From NCBI RefSeq assembly GCF_000011805.1, contig NC_006840.2: 32,000 nucleotides of DNA, one strand, 5' to 3'. Below are positions 1-11,519 of this stretch, one piece after another. Source of the DNA: Aliivibrio fischeri ES114 (lineage in GTDB: Bacteria > Pseudomonadota > Gammaproteobacteria > Enterobacterales > Vibrionaceae). The notes below the pieces were generated by a model that saw nothing but the letters and a program-made list of their open reading frames with translations, did not search any database and was not told the origin of the DNA. Every line of letters starts with the position of its first letter. The stretch's first letter is position 1. The translations under genes and the position numbers were made by a program.

Positions 1-318
1 GATAAGTTCGACATTATTGTGAGTAATCCCCCTTATATTGATGGTAACGATCCTCATTTATCTGAAGGGGATGTTCGTTTTGAACCGCAAACCGCTTTGG
101 TTGCAGAGCAAAATGGTTTTTCAGATTTAATTCACATTATGCAACACGGCCGAGAGTATTTATTAAATGGCGGTTGGTTAATGATGGAGCATGGTTTTGA
201 ACAAGGTGAACAATTACGTCACTTTTTTGAAGAGCATGGTTATATTAATGTGAAAACAGAGCAAGATTATGCTGGCAATGACCGAGTTACTTTAGGTCAA
301 TGGGTAGTAGATAACTAG
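1..318 (+). CDS. prmC: Release-factor N5-glutamine methyltransferase PrmC/HemK, C-terminal part (5' end lies upstream of the window)
   Basis: Frame 1 is open from base 1 (DKFDIIVSNPPYI...). It carries the NPPY catalytic motif. It is followed by sirB2-sirB1-kdsA, as in the E. coli prfA-prmC-ychQ-ychA-kdsA cluster. Confidence 0.9.
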   Translation, partial: DKFDIIVSNPPYIDGNDPHLSEGDVRFEPQTALVAEQNGFSDLIHIMQHGREYLLNGGWLMMEHGFEQGEQLRHFFEEHGYINVKTEQDYAGNDRVTLGQWVVDN

Positions 319-333
319 AATAAAGGATAATTC

Positions 334-717
334 ATGTATACCGCAGTTAAACACATACACTTATTATTAGTCGCTTGTAGCGTATTGTTTTTTGTCGTTC
401 GCTATTGTTTGATGATGGCAAATTCTGACATTCGTAATAATGGCTTCTTTAAGCGTGTTCCTCACGTTGTTGATTCAGCAATGCTACTTAGTGGTATTTG
501 GCTTATTTTTATTACTGGATTCATTCCATTTACGTCATCTGCACCTTGGTTAACAGAAAAAATTACCTGTATTATGGTTTACCTTGCTTTAGGTGTGGTT
601 ACTTTAAATAATGGTAAAAACAAAGTCTTTAAGACCTTTGCATTTTTAGGTGCAATGGGTTGGTTAATGGTTGCTGCTAAAATTGCGGTAACAAAAGTAC
701 CAACGTTCTTGGGGTAA
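334..717 (+). CDS. sirB2: SirB2/YchQ family small inner-membrane protein
   Basis: 127-aa, strongly hydrophobic product with about 4 predicted TM segments. Its position between prmC and the sirB1 homologue matches E. coli ychQ. Confidence 0.7.
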   Translation: MYTAVKHIHLLLVACSVLFFVVRYCLMMANSDIRNNGFFKRVPHVVDSAMLLSGIWLIFITGFIPFTSSAPWLTEKITCIMVYLALGVVTLNNGKNKVFKTFAFLGAMGWLMVAAKIAVTKVPTFLG

Positions 718-719
718 TT

Positions 720-2398
<1,679 letters not shown>

Positions 2399-2418
2399 TC
2401 GAGTTTTAAAGAATAAAT

Positions 2419-2456
2419 AAAAAAGCCCAAGAGAGAATACTTTCTTGGGCTTTTTT
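2419..2456. terminator. Bidirectional rho-independent terminator between convergent kdsA and cobA
   Basis: Stem GCCCAAGA (2425-2432) pairs with TCTTGGGC (2443-2450). It is flanked by an A-run (2419-2424) and a T-run (2451-2456). Confidence 0.8.
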
Positions 2457-2476
2457 ATTATCTGAATGGTAAAAAA

Positions 2477-3253
2477 TTATTCGTTTGGTTTAAACCAATC
2501 TAATTTATGATGAAGTGTTGTTACGGTACCTACTACGATCAGCGATGGACTGATGGCTTTTTCTGCTAACTGCGCAAGTTCTGAAATATCGCCAGTAAAT
2601 ACTTTTTGTTTATTTGTTGTGCCTCGCTCAATAATTGCACATGGTGTATCAGCAGCTAATCCATGTTTTATTAACTGTTCAGATATATGAGGAGATTGCT
2701 TTAATCCCATATAAAATACTAAGGTATTATTAGAGCGGACTAATGCATCCCATTCAATATCAGCACCATCTTTTTGTACATGAGCTGTGATAAATTGAAC
2801 ACTTTGGGCATGATCTCGGTGAGTTAATGGGATACCTGCGTATGAGGTTGCCCCCGCCGCAGCTGTGATCCCCGGAATAACTTCAAAGTGAACGCCATTT
2901 TCAGCTAACGTTTCAAGCTCTTCTCCGCCACGCCCAAAGATAAATGAATCCCCACCTTTAAGGCGAACAACGTGCTTACCTTCCTTTGCTTTATCGACTA
3001 GAATTTGATTGATTTTATCTTGAGGAACGAAGTGGAAATCCAGTTTTTTTCCAACATAAATCATTTCAGCATTTTCATTTGCAAGCGCTAAAATTTCTTT
3101 TGAGACTAGGCGATCATAAACCAAAACATCCGCTTCTTTGATTAATCGATAGCCCTTCATGGTTAATAGTTCGGGATCACCAGGGCCTGCGCCAACAAGA
3201 GAAACAAGTCCGTTTTGTTTTTTCTGCTCAGACTGAGCTTGAATACTTGGCAT
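2477..3253 (-). CDS. cobA: Uroporphyrinogen-III C-methyltransferase (SUMT-only protein, equivalent to the C-terminal domain of CysG)
   Basis: 258 aa with the [14 protein letters not shown]-binding motif near the N-terminus and a tetrapyrrole methylase fold signature ([18 protein letters not shown]). It lies at the cysG position of the E. coli nirBDC-cysG cluster. Confidence 0.88.
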   Translation of the reverse strand: MPSIQAQSEQKKQNGLVSLVGAGPGDPELLTMKGYRLIKEADVLVYDRLVSKEILALANENAEMIYVGKKLDFHFVPQDKINQILVDKAKEGKHVVRLKGGDSFIFGRGGEELETLAENGVHFEVIPGITAAAGATSYAGIPLTHRDHAQSVQFITAHVQKDGADIEWDALVRSNNTLVFYMGLKQSPHISEQLIKHGLAADTPCAIIERGTTNKQKVFTGDISELAQLAEKAISPSLIVVGTVTTLHHKLDWFKPNE

Positions 3254-3301
3254 AATGGAATTCCAGAATAAGGTTTAATCACCTTAGTATGTAAGAGTCG
3301 A

Positions 3302-3340
3302 TAAAAAAAATCACCCTTAATCAATTATTAAGAGTGATTT
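3302..3340 (-). terminator. Rho-independent terminator after nirC
   Basis: On the minus strand a 10-bp stem with one mismatch (3310-3319 / 3329-3338) is followed by a run of 8 U (A-run 3303-3310 on plus). Confidence 0.6.
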
Positions 3341-3381
3341 TAATCGCATGAGTTATAACTAATCTAAACGGAAATAAATTC

Positions 3382-4191
3382 TTAAGCGTCTAATGATGGC
3401 GCTGTTTTTACGTGTGTTAGGTATAGAGGAATACATGTAAATAGTAGACCACCAACAATGTTACCTAAAATAGTTGGGATTAAGTTGTAGCTTAACCATG
3501 TAGTGATACCAAAGTCAGCACCAAGCATCATACCTAGTGGGAATAGGAACATATTTACTACCGCATGTTCAAATACAAGAGCGAAGAAGATAAAGATAGG
3601 TAGCCACATTGCTGCAATTTTTCCAGCAACAGAACGAGCTGTCATATTACCAATGACACCTAGACATACCATTAGGTTACATAAAATACCGCGTACAAAA
3701 CAGGTAATCCAACCATCCATACCTAGGTTTTCAAAACCAACAGTACGTGCAGTAGCAACCGCCATGAATTTTTGACCAACTGCGTTTGGCTCTACGCTGA
3801 AATTCATTGTTAATGATAGTGCAATAAGAGCTGCAACAATTAAAGAACCAATTAGGTTGCCAAGACCAACAAGACCCCAACAACGGAAAACACGTCCCCA
3901 AGAAACGCCTTTACGATTTTCAAATTTAGCAAGAGGAGCAAGACCAAATACACCAGTAACAAGGTCATAGCCCATTAAACTTAAAATACAAAAACCAACA
4001 GGGAAGACCAGAGCGCCAACAATACCTACACCTGTTTGAACAATAGTCGTGATAGCAACAACAACAGCCAGAGAGAGAATAATACCAGCCATTGTGCCAC
4101 GTAAGATAAGATCACGAGAGCTAGTTTTAATCTTTGCTTCGCCAACATCGATCATAGTTTGGACGAATTCAGAGGGTTTGTTATAAGACAT
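3382..4191 (-). CDS. nirC: Formate/nitrite transporter family nitrite channel
   Basis: 269-aa polytopic membrane protein of FNT type located downstream of nirBD, the same order as E. coli nirBDC. Confidence 0.88.
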   Translation of the reverse strand: MSYNKPSEFVQTMIDVGEAKIKTSSRDLILRGTMAGIILSLAVVVAITTIVQTGVGIVGALVFPVGFCILSLMGYDLVTGVFGLAPLAKFENRKGVSWGRVFRCWGLVGLGNLIGSLIVAALIALSLTMNFSVEPNAVGQKFMAVATARTVGFENLGMDGWITCFVRGILCNLMVCLGVIGNMTARSVAGKIAAMWLPIFIFFALVFEHAVVNMFLFPLGMMLGADFGITTWLSYNLIPTILGNIVGGLLFTCIPLYLTHVKTAPSLDA

Positions 4192-4300
4192 AGAAGTCCC
4201 TTACTAAAAGTTAAAATTAAAAATTGGATAGGAAAGGGCTCTAGTCGCTGTTTTATGAGCAGTAAATAGGAGACTAAAACCCTTGAACTATCAAATCTTC

Positions 4301-4630
4301 TTATGCTGAGATTTCAACATGTCCGTTAGCTACACGAACTTTGTATGTCTTTACGTTAAAACGCTCGTCTTCCATACATGCACCAGTCACTAAATTAAAG
4401 TGTTGTTTCTTTAGTGGACTTGCTACCCAAAGTTCGCCTTGGTGTTCACCCGTTAAACCACGAGAAAGTACGTTTGAATTAGCGAATGGGTCACGATTAC
4501 TAATAGCAAAGACTTCATCATTTTCTCTTGGACGAAATACAGCCACTTGTTCGCCATTTACAAGTGCACAAACACCAGTGCCAGGGATGATGTCATCGAG
4601 TTGGCAGATTTTTTGAAATTTAGCAGCCAT
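4301..4630 (-). CDS. nirD: NADH-dependent nitrite reductase small subunit (Rieske-like fold)
   Basis: 109 aa. Its ATG lies 2 nt after the nirB stop. Size and sequence are typical of NirD (CALVNGEQVAVFR...). Confidence 0.9.
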   Translation of the reverse strand: MAAKFQKICQLDDIIPGTGVCALVNGEQVAVFRPRENDEVFAISNRDPFANSNVLSRGLTGEHQGELWVASPLKKQHFNLVTGACMEDERFNVKTYKVRVANGHVEISA

Positions 4631-4632
4631 GA

Positions 4633-7209
4633 TTATTTCTCCACTGTTGCATCAGTTAGAGCGACATGCAGAATATCGCCTTTTGCATTTGGGTTTTTCT
4701 CTGTGTATGTTGCAGGACGGTGTTGTTCACGACCATCTGAAACAAAAACCACATTGTCATCACGCTCATCACTATTGATGAAATGAGTAAAACGTTTTAA
4801 CTGAGATTCATCATTGATGGCGTCTGTCCACTCACATGAGAATTCATTAACCAGTTTTGCAACATCCAGTTCTAATTGATCATTGATACCCAGTTTGTTA
4901 TCAACAATAACTTCACGTAAATAATCAACGCCACCTTCAAGGTTTTCCATCCACACAGAGGTACGTTGCAGTGGTGCAGCCGTACGAATGTAGAACATCA
5001 TGAAGCGATCGATGTATTTAATTAATGTTTCTTGGTCTAGGTCGGTAGCCAGTAAATCAGCGTGACGAGGTTTCATACCGCCGTTACCACATACGTACAT
5101 ATTCCAACCAGCATCGGTAGCAATAATACCTAAATCTTTACCTTGAGCTTCTGCACATTCACGAGTACAGCCAGATACACCGAACTTCATTTTATGAGGC
5201 GTACGAATACCTTTGTAGCGATTCTCAATCATTACTCCAAGGCCAACAGAGTCTTGAACACCATAGCGACACCACGTTGAGCCAACACACGTTTTAGCCA
5301 TACGAAGAGCTTTTGCATACGCTTGACCAGTCTCGTATCCAGCTGCAATCAGTTTTTTCCAGATAGCTGGCAAATCGTCTTTTTGAGCACCAAATAAACC
5401 AATACGTTGAGCACCAGTGATTTTTGTATACAGGTTATATTCAGCCGCTACATCAGCAAGAACGCTTAGAGCCTGAGGTGTTACTTCACCACCTGCCATA
5501 CGAGGGATAACAGAATAAGTACCATCTTTTTGCATGTTGCCTAAGAAGTTATCGTTAGTATCATGCAGTTTAACCAGCTCAGGTTTTAGAATGTGTTCGC
5601 CCCAGCATGACGCTAAGATTGAACCAACGGCTGGTTTACATACTTCACAACCGTATCCTTTTCCGTATTTTTCTAGTAGCTCATCAAAAGTTTTGATCTC
5701 TTCAATACGGATAAGGTGGAACAGTTCTTGGCGAGAATAAGCAAAGTGTTCACAGATATCATTTTTTACTTCAATACCTGATTTTGCTAGTTCTGCATTA
5801 AGAACAGACGTTACTAGAGGGATACAACCCCCACAGCCAGTACCCGCTCCAGTAACCGCCTTAATTTCTGCCATTGTGTGATTGCCATCAGCAACCGCTT
5901 GAGCAATTTTTCCTTTTGTCACATCAAAACATGAACAAATTACGGCACTTTCAGGTAATGAATCAGCACCTAAAGAGGGTTTTTCAGCACCAGCATGCGC
6001 AGGTAAGATCAGAAGGTCTGGATGTTCAGGTAAATCGATATCATTCAGTTTAAGTTGAAGTAAATCACCATAGTCAGAAGTATCACCTACCATTACTGCA
6101 CCGAGTAACTTTTTGCCATCTTCAGAAACGATAATGCGTTTATAGATTTCTTCTTCTTCGTTTTGGTAAACGTAGCTTTTACAACCAGGAGTACGGCCAT
6201 TCGCATCACCAATTGAGCCTACTTTAACGCCTAGAAGTTTTAATTTTGCGCTCATATCGGCGCCTTCAAACTCACTTTCGTTACCAACTAAATGGTCAAC
6301 AGCAACCGTTGCCATTTTGTAACCAGGAGCAACCAGTCCATAGAAGGTTTGGTTCCAAGACGCACATTCACCAATTGCGTAAATGTTTTTGTCTGTTGTT
6401 TGGCAGTTGTTGTTGATTTCGATACCGCCACGAGGAGCAATACCTAAGCCCATTTGACGAGCCAGTTTATCTTGAGGGCGAATACCTGCAGAGAAGACAA
6501 TGAAGTCTGTTTCAAGCTCAGAACCGTCAGCAAAGCGCATTACGTTTCGAGCGTCAGTACCTTCTGGTGCAATCTCAAGTGTATTTTTACTTGTATGAAC
6601 TTGTACGCCCATACGTTCAATTTTATTACGTAGTTGCAGACCACCTTGTTGATCAAGCTGTTCAGCCATTAATACAGGAGCAAATTCAACAACGTGAGTC
6701 GTTACCCCTAATGCTTTAAGTGCACCAGCAGCTTCAAGGCCAAGAAGGCCGCCACCAATAACAACGCCACTTTTACTTTTCTTAGCGGTCGCTTCAATGG
6801 ATTTTAGATCTTCAATGGTACGGTAAACAAAACAGTCTTTGCTTTCATTACCTTTAATTGGTGGGACAAATGGGTAAGACCCCGTAGCAAGGATTAGCTT
6901 GTCATATTGAATTTCACGGCCAGTGCTTGAGTAGACAATGCGGTTTTCACGGTTAACGTTAATTGCACGTTCGCCCAGTAATACATTGATGCCGTGTTTT
7001 TCGTAGAAGCCTTCTTTAACAAGAGAGAGTTCATCAGCAGTATGATGAGAGAAGTAGGACGAAAGGTGAACACGATCGTATGCGATTCGAGGTTCTTCAC
7101 AAAACACAGTGATGTCCATGTTTTGAACGTCAGTTTTATCGACTAAATCTTCGATATAGCGATGACCAACCATGCCATTACCGATGATGACTAACTTCAT
7201 CTTGCTCAT
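4633..7209 (-). CDS. nirB: NADH-dependent assimilatory nitrite reductase large subunit
   Basis: Contains an N-terminal FAD/NAD Rossmann motif (VIIGNGMVGHRY), a BFD-like [2Fe-2S] motif (CSCFDV...CGGC) and the sirohaem/4Fe-4S cysteine cluster (TCVGSTWCRYG, SGCTRECAEA). The start is set at ATG 7209 (MSKMKLVIIGNG), which has AGGA 8 nt upstream. The 24 extra codons in the track ORF (to 7281) look like read-back into the promoter. Confidence 0.93.
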   Translation of the reverse strand: MSKMKLVIIGNGMVGHRYIEDLVDKTDVQNMDITVFCEEPRIAYDRVHLSSYFSHHTADELSLVKEGFYEKHGINVLLGERAINVNRENRIVYSSTGREIQYDKLILATGSYPFVPPIKGNESKDCFVYRTIEDLKSIEATAKKSKSGVVIGGGLLGLEAAGALKALGVTTHVVEFAPVLMAEQLDQQGGLQLRNKIERMGVQVHTSKNTLEIAPEGTDARNVMRFADGSELETDFIVFSAGIRPQDKLARQMGLGIAPRGGIEINNNCQTTDKNIYAIGECASWNQTFYGLVAPGYKMATVAVDHLVGNESEFEGADMSAKLKLLGVKVGSIGDANGRTPGCKSYVYQNEEEEIYKRIIVSEDGKKLLGAVMVGDTSDYGDLLQLKLNDIDLPEHPDLLILPAHAGAEKPSLGADSLPESAVICSCFDVTKGKIAQAVADGNHTMAEIKAVTGAGTGCGGCIPLVTSVLNAELAKSGIEVKNDICEHFAYSRQELFHLIRIEEIKTFDELLEKYGKGYGCEVCKPAVGSILASCWGEHILKPELVKLHDTNDNFLGNMQKDGTYSVIPRMAGGEVTPQALSVLADVAAEYNLYTKITGAQRIGLFGAQKDDLPAIWKKLIAAGYETGQAYAKALRMAKTCVGSTWCRYGVQDSVGLGVMIENRYKGIRTPHKMKFGVSGCTRECAEAQGKDLGIIATDAGWNMYVCGNGGMKPRHADLLATDLDQETLIKYIDRFMMFYIRTAAPLQRTSVWMENLEGGVDYLREVIVDNKLGINDQLELDVAKLVNEFSCEWTDAINDESQLKRFTHFINSDERDDNVVFVSDGREQHRPATYTEKNPNAKGDILHVALTDATVEK

Positions 7210-7266
7210 AAGAAATCCTATTATTTTTGATATATAGATATGATGAATTATGAACGAATGTGTAGA

Positions 7267-7280
7267 TATGATGTGGATCA
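7267..7280 (-). promoter_or_regulatory. Candidate FNR box of the nirB promoter
   Basis: ATGAT-GTGG-ATCAA matches TTGAT-N4-ATCAA at 9/10 positions. Its centre is 64 bp upstream of the nirB ATG. That fits a class II (-41.5) FNR promoter with a roughly 20-25 nt leader, as at E. coli nirB. Confidence 0.5.
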
Positions 7281-7443
7281 ATTACGAAATAAAACTACTC
7301 GAAAGGGGTAGCTCTAAGGTGGTAATATCACTTTTTGTTATTAAATCAAGTGGTTGTATGTGGCACGTGAGTAATGTGTGTAGTTTTTTTACAATATCTA
7401 ACAGAATTATTTTCTTTTTTGTTGGTTTTATTCTGAGTTTCTG

Positions 7444-7478
7444 AAAAAAAAAGACAGAATGTGAATTCACGTTCTGTC
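7444..7478 (-). terminator. Rho-independent terminator of the MCP gene
   Basis: On the minus strand GACAGAACGTG...CACATTCTGTC forms a roughly 11-bp stem (7453-7478). It is followed by a 9-nt U run (A-run 7444-7452 on plus), 28 nt after the stop codon. Confidence 0.75.
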
Positions 7479-7505
7479 TTTAATTTAGGGATATGTTTAA
7501 TGAAT

Positions 7506-9380
7506 TTACAGTTTAAATCGGTCGATTTCTTGTTTTAATTCATTTGACAGTTCAGAGAGTTCAGACGCCTGAATGACAGATTGTTTTGTTTCTTCTGTTA
7601 GTTCGTTTGAAACATCACGAACCGCTTCAGTATTACGTGTGATTTCTTCAGTTACAGATGATTGCTCTTCGGCGGCCGCAGCAATTTGAGCTGCCATATC
7701 ACTTATTTGAGTCACTGAGTTCGTGATTTGCAACAAGCTTGCTGAGGCCGATTGCGCATCTTCTACACTTGTATTTGCAAGGTTCTGGCTATCTTCCATA
7801 ATGCCAACTGCTTTTTGAGTTGTTCCTTGCAGTGTTTCGATCATTTGCTGAATTTCTTGAGTAGAAGCATGAGTTCGTTGGCTTAGAATTCGAACTTCAT
7901 CAGCAACTACTGCAAAACCACGACCTTGTTCGCCTGCTCGAGCTGCTTCAATAGCAGCATTTAATGCAAGCAAGTTAGTTTGTTCTGCAATGTTTTGGAT
8001 TGTTGAAAGAATCGTATTGATGTTCTGAGCATTATGGTGAAGTTCTTCAATAACGCCAGTTGCTGTTTCGACTTCTTTTGCAAGGTTGTCGATAGAGTGT
8101 TGGCTTTGGCTCACTTGCTCTGCACCATGATTTGATGCTGTCACGGTTTCTTCAGCTGTTTGAGCTGTATTATCAGCATTACCCGCAATCTCTTGTGTCG
8201 CTGCTGCCATTTCATTAATCGCAGTTGCAACCATATTGATTTCATCCATTTGATGTTGGATACGAACATTACGTTCTTCCGCTCCCTCTGCCGTAGAGTT
8301 TGCTTGGTTTGCTAGTGTTACTGAAATATCACGTAAACGACATACCATTGAATGCATGTTACCAACAAAGGTATTAAAGTTAATGGCAAGTTGACCGACT
8401 TCGTCATCGCTATGAGGTTCTAGACGTTGAGTTAAATCGCCTTCACCAGATGATATTTCTGCTAGTGCGTCTGATACTCGGATTAAATCTCTAAATAAAA
8501 GATTAACTAATGTTGTTACACCAATAGCAACAATTACCGTTAACACAATGCTTAATAAAATGATTTCACGAAGTAGGGCACTGTGAGCCGCTTCTTCTGT
8601 TTCTTTTGTCATTTCAACTGCAAATGTCCAATTAGTATTTGGTACTTTAGCGAAATAAACCAGTTTTTCACTGCCGTTAATATTAGCAACTTCAATGCGA
8701 TTTGCGCTGATTGAATCTTGAATACTTTGGGCGCTCATATCGCTGAAATAGCGATTCACTTCTTTTTTAATTAGCGCTTTATTTGGGTGAGCTAGGAACG
8801 TGCCGTCACTATCAATTAGCATCGTAATGGTATCTTTACCTGCATCTAAACTGATCACATCATCAATTAATTGATCAATAAGAACGTCAGCACCAACAAC
8901 ACCTAAAAATTGACCATTTTGATAGACAGGTTCTGCGATGGTTACCAGTAGAGACTGAGTGATAGCATCTTGATAAGAAGAGGTGATGATCTGCTTATTT
9001 TCACGTTGAGCTTCTTGATACCAAGGTCGTTGACGAGGGTCGTAATCTGCTCGATTTCTCTCGGGGTGGGAGCGGAACATTTCGCCTTGTGGTGTTCCAA
9101 AGAAAATGTCATCAAATCCACCAGCTTTACGACTGATTTGTAGGAATGAAACAACATCTTCTTCTTGGCTATAGTCATTAAAGGCATGTGCAATTTCAGC
9201 TTTTAATGTTATCCAGTTTGATATACCGGTTGTTGCAGCAGATGTAACGCTTTCTGCACGTGAATAGACACCATTGCGTGTTTGTTCAAACAGTTGGTTA
9301 GAAGCCAACCAAGTAAGAGCAGAGGCAGTGATGATGACAGCAAGTAAACTAGCACCGATTAACTTATGTTTTAATTTCAT
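7506..9380 (-). CDS. Methyl-accepting chemotaxis protein with a periplasmic dCache_1 sensor, HAMP and MA signalling domains; the sensor carries the amino-acid-binding motif
   Basis: Has an N-terminal TM, a periplasmic domain of about 260 aa, a second TM ([19 protein letters not shown]), a HAMP domain and the conserved hairpin [32 protein letters not shown]. Residues Y113, R118, W120, Y121, Y136 and D165 have the same spacing as the PctA amino-acid motif Y121/R126/W128/Y129/Y144/D173 (numbering from memory). Confidence 0.9.
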   Translation of the reverse strand: MKLKHKLIGASLLAVIITASALTWLASNQLFEQTRNGVYSRAESVTSAATTGISNWITLKAEIAHAFNDYSQEEDVVSFLQISRKAGGFDDIFFGTPQGEMFRSHPERNRADYDPRQRPWYQEAQRENKQIITSSYQDAITQSLLVTIAEPVYQNGQFLGVVGADVLIDQLIDDVISLDAGKDTITMLIDSDGTFLAHPNKALIKKEVNRYFSDMSAQSIQDSISANRIEVANINGSEKLVYFAKVPNTNWTFAVEMTKETEEAAHSALLREIILLSIVLTVIVAIGVTTLVNLLFRDLIRVSDALAEISSGEGDLTQRLEPHSDDEVGQLAINFNTFVGNMHSMVCRLRDISVTLANQANSTAEGAEERNVRIQHQMDEINMVATAINEMAAATQEIAGNADNTAQTAEETVTASNHGAEQVSQSQHSIDNLAKEVETATGVIEELHHNAQNINTILSTIQNIAEQTNLLALNAAIEAARAGEQGRGFAVVADEVRILSQRTHASTQEIQQMIETLQGTTQKAVGIMEDSQNLANTSVEDAQSASASLLQITNSVTQISDMAAQIAAAAEEQSSVTEEITRNTEAVRDVSNELTEETKQSVIQASELSELSNELKQEIDRFKL

Positions 9381-9805
9381 GATTTTGCCTAATCTTATTA
9401 AAAGTAATCCATTAATATTAAAAAGCTGTGATTTGTTGGTCTTATTATAAGCTTTGATTATGTTATCGGGGCAAAGTGAAATAACTTTACTTATTTATAA
9501 GTAGTATTGATGATAAATATTTCAGGTTTTAGTTTTTTATATAAAAAATGAGAATGGACGTAGTTTAATAAGTAAACACTAACCTGAAACGTAAACGGTT
9601 GCGTGTTTAGTGTGTGTTAATTCCTTGTGTGGTTTATCTTTTTTTACATAATGATCAGTAATTTTTAGTGATCTAATAGACATATTTATGAGATCAATGT
9701 GAGTGTATGACGTAATTCTTTTAAACTTGGTCAGGTTATTTGACCAGTTAAAGAGATAACATTCTTACTGGTTATAATTTATCCCCCTTTGAATAATGGT
9801 GAAAC

Positions 9806-11467
9806 ATGATGGAACGTCTTTCTCTAAAAACAGCTATTGCAGCTGCATTGGTAACAACTTTAGCTGGTTGTGCGACAACGTCTGAACCTGCTTGGCAAGA
9901 AGATACAACATATAAAATCACAGTATTGCATACCAATGATAACCATGGTCGTTTTTGGCAGAACAAATATGGTGAGTATGGAATGGCTGCTCGTAAAACG
10001 TTGATCGATGACATTCGAACTGAAGTGCAAGCAGAAGGGGGCAGTGTGCTTCTTTTATCTGGTGGTGATATTAACACTGGTGTACCAGAATCAGATTTAC
10101 AAGATGCAGAACCTGATTTCAAAGGCATGAATAAAATTGGTTATGATGCGATTGCATTAGGTAACCACGAATTTGATAATCCACTGGATGTACTGCAAAA
10201 ACAAATTGATTGGGCTGAGTTCCCAATGTTATCTGCCAATATCTATGATAAAAAAACTGGCGAACGTATGTATCAAGCATACGAAATCTTTGAAAAACAA
10301 GGTATTAAAATCGCTGTAGTTGGTTTAACAACAGAAGATACAGCAAAAATTGGTAACCCTGAGTACATCGGTAGTCTTGAATTCCGCGATCCTAAATTGG
10401 AAGCAAAGAAAGTGATTGCTGAATTAAATGAAACTGAAAAACCTGACCTTATTTTTGCCGTAACTCATATGGGACACTATGAAAATGGTGAGCGTGGTAT
10501 TAATGCTCCAGGTGATGTTGCTCTAGCGCGTTCTTTGGATATGGGTGAGTTAGATATGATTGTGGGTGGTCACTCGCAAGAGCCTGTATGTATGGAAGGC
10601 CCTAACTTAATTAAGAAAAACTTTAAGCCGGGTGATGAGTGTAAACCAGACCAGCAAAATGGTACATGGATTGTTCAAGCTCACGAATGGGGTAAATACG
10701 TAGGTAAAGCTGATTTTGAGTTCCGTAATGGTGAATTAGAAATGGTTAGCTATGATCTTATTCCTGTTAACTTGAAGAAAAAAGTAAATATCGATGGTAA
10801 AAAACAACGTGTATTTATTGAAGATGAAATTGAACAAGATGCAGAGTTACTTGCTTTCTTAAAACCGTTCCAAGAAAAAGGACAAGGCCAACTTAATGTT
10901 AAGATTGCTTCAACTAATGGCAAATTAGAAGGTGATCGTAATGTTGTTCGTTTTGAACAAACTAACTTAGGTCGCTTGATTGCTACATCACATATGGTTC
11001 GTGCAAAAGCTGATTTTGCAGTAATGAACTCTGGTGGTGTACGTGATTCAATTGAAGCGGGTGATGTAACTTACAAAGACGTATTAACGGTTCAACCATT
11101 TGGCAATATCGTAACTTATGCGGATATGACGGGTAAAGAAGTGTTAGATTACCTTAACGTAGTTGCGACTAAGCCTGTTGATTCTGGTGCCTATGCTCAA
11201 TTTGCTGGCATTAAAATGACTGTTGAAAATGGTAAAGTATCAAATGTATTTATTGGTGGTAAGCAATTACGCCTAGATGAAACATATCGTTTTACAGTAC
11301 CAAGCTATAACGCTGCTGGTGGCGATGGATATCCAAAAATTTCAGATCACCCAGGCTATGTAAATACTGGTTTCGTTGATGCTGAAGTGTTGAAAGATTT
11401 CCTAGAAACAAACAGCCCAATCGACGTAAATACATTTGCTCCGCGTGGTGAAATTGTTTACAAATAA
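9806..11467 (+). CDS. ushA: Bifunctional UDP-sugar hydrolase/5'-nucleotidase, lipoprotein form (UshA/NutA type)
   Basis: Carries calcineurin-like metallophosphatase motifs (HTNDNHGRF, GGDINTG, GNHEFD, HMGH, GGHSQ) plus a C-terminal 5'-nucleotidase domain. The signal peptide ends in the lipobox LAGC, as in the membrane-bound NutA 5'-nucleotidase of V. parahaemolyticus. Confidence 0.9.
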   Translation: MMERLSLKTAIAAALVTTLAGCATTSEPAWQEDTTYKITVLHTNDNHGRFWQNKYGEYGMAARKTLIDDIRTEVQAEGGSVLLLSGGDINTGVPESDLQDAEPDFKGMNKIGYDAIALGNHEFDNPLDVLQKQIDWAEFPMLSANIYDKKTGERMYQAYEIFEKQGIKIAVVGLTTEDTAKIGNPEYIGSLEFRDPKLEAKKVIAELNETEKPDLIFAVTHMGHYENGERGINAPGDVALARSLDMGELDMIVGGHSQEPVCMEGPNLIKKNFKPGDECKPDQQNGTWIVQAHEWGKYVGKADFEFRNGELEMVSYDLIPVNLKKKVNIDGKKQRVFIEDEIEQDAELLAFLKPFQEKGQGQLNVKIASTNGKLEGDRNVVRFEQTNLGRLIATSHMVRAKADFAVMNSGGVRDSIEAGDVTYKDVLTVQPFGNIVTYADMTGKEVLDYLNVVATKPVDSGAYAQFAGIKMTVENGKVSNVFIGGKQLRLDETYRFTVPSYNAAGGDGYPKISDHPGYVNTGFVDAEVLKDFLETNSPIDVNTFAPRGEIVYK

Positions 11468-11487
11468 CAGTAAGTTTACTGGTTAAT

Positions 11488-11519
11488 AAAAAGCCTCCAG
11501 ATATTTGGAGGCTTTTTTT
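11488..11519. terminator. Bidirectional rho-independent terminator between convergent ushA and smrA
   Basis: GCCTCCA (11493-11499) pairs with TGGAGGC (11506-11512), with an A-run on the left and 7 T on the right. The T-run overlaps the smrA stop codon (11518-11520). Confidence 0.8.

Noticed and set aside
7303-7323. NarL/NarP-type heptamers (TACCCCT and a 7-2-7-like TACCACC-TT-AGAGCTA on the minus strand) upstream of the nirB FNR site.
   Set aside because: Each half-site has mismatches. The centre is 42 bp from the FNR centre, against 28 bp at E. coli nirB. This is plausible but too weak to call as a feature.
7210-7470. The N-terminal 24-codon extension of the nirB ORF (to 7281), and two ORFs of about 62-64 aa (7250-7444 plus strand, 7282-7470 minus strand) in the nirB upstream region.
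   Set aside because: The extension precedes the conserved Rossmann N-terminus, and ATG 7209 has the SD. The two short ORFs overlap each other, the FNR-type site and the MCP terminator. They have no SD and encode Ile/Phe/Lys-rich sequence typical of AT-rich intergenic DNA.
9381-9805. The 425-bp divergent MCP/ushA control region. It has a TGGTCA-N7-TGACCA inverted repeat (about 9729-9747), a TATAAT at 9774-9779 and a 6+4-bp interrupted stem at about 9576-9610.
   Set aside because: The elements are short and AT-rich, with no terminator or ORF to define an RNA gene. They are compatible with ordinary promoter and operator sequences, and I could not assign any of them with confidence.
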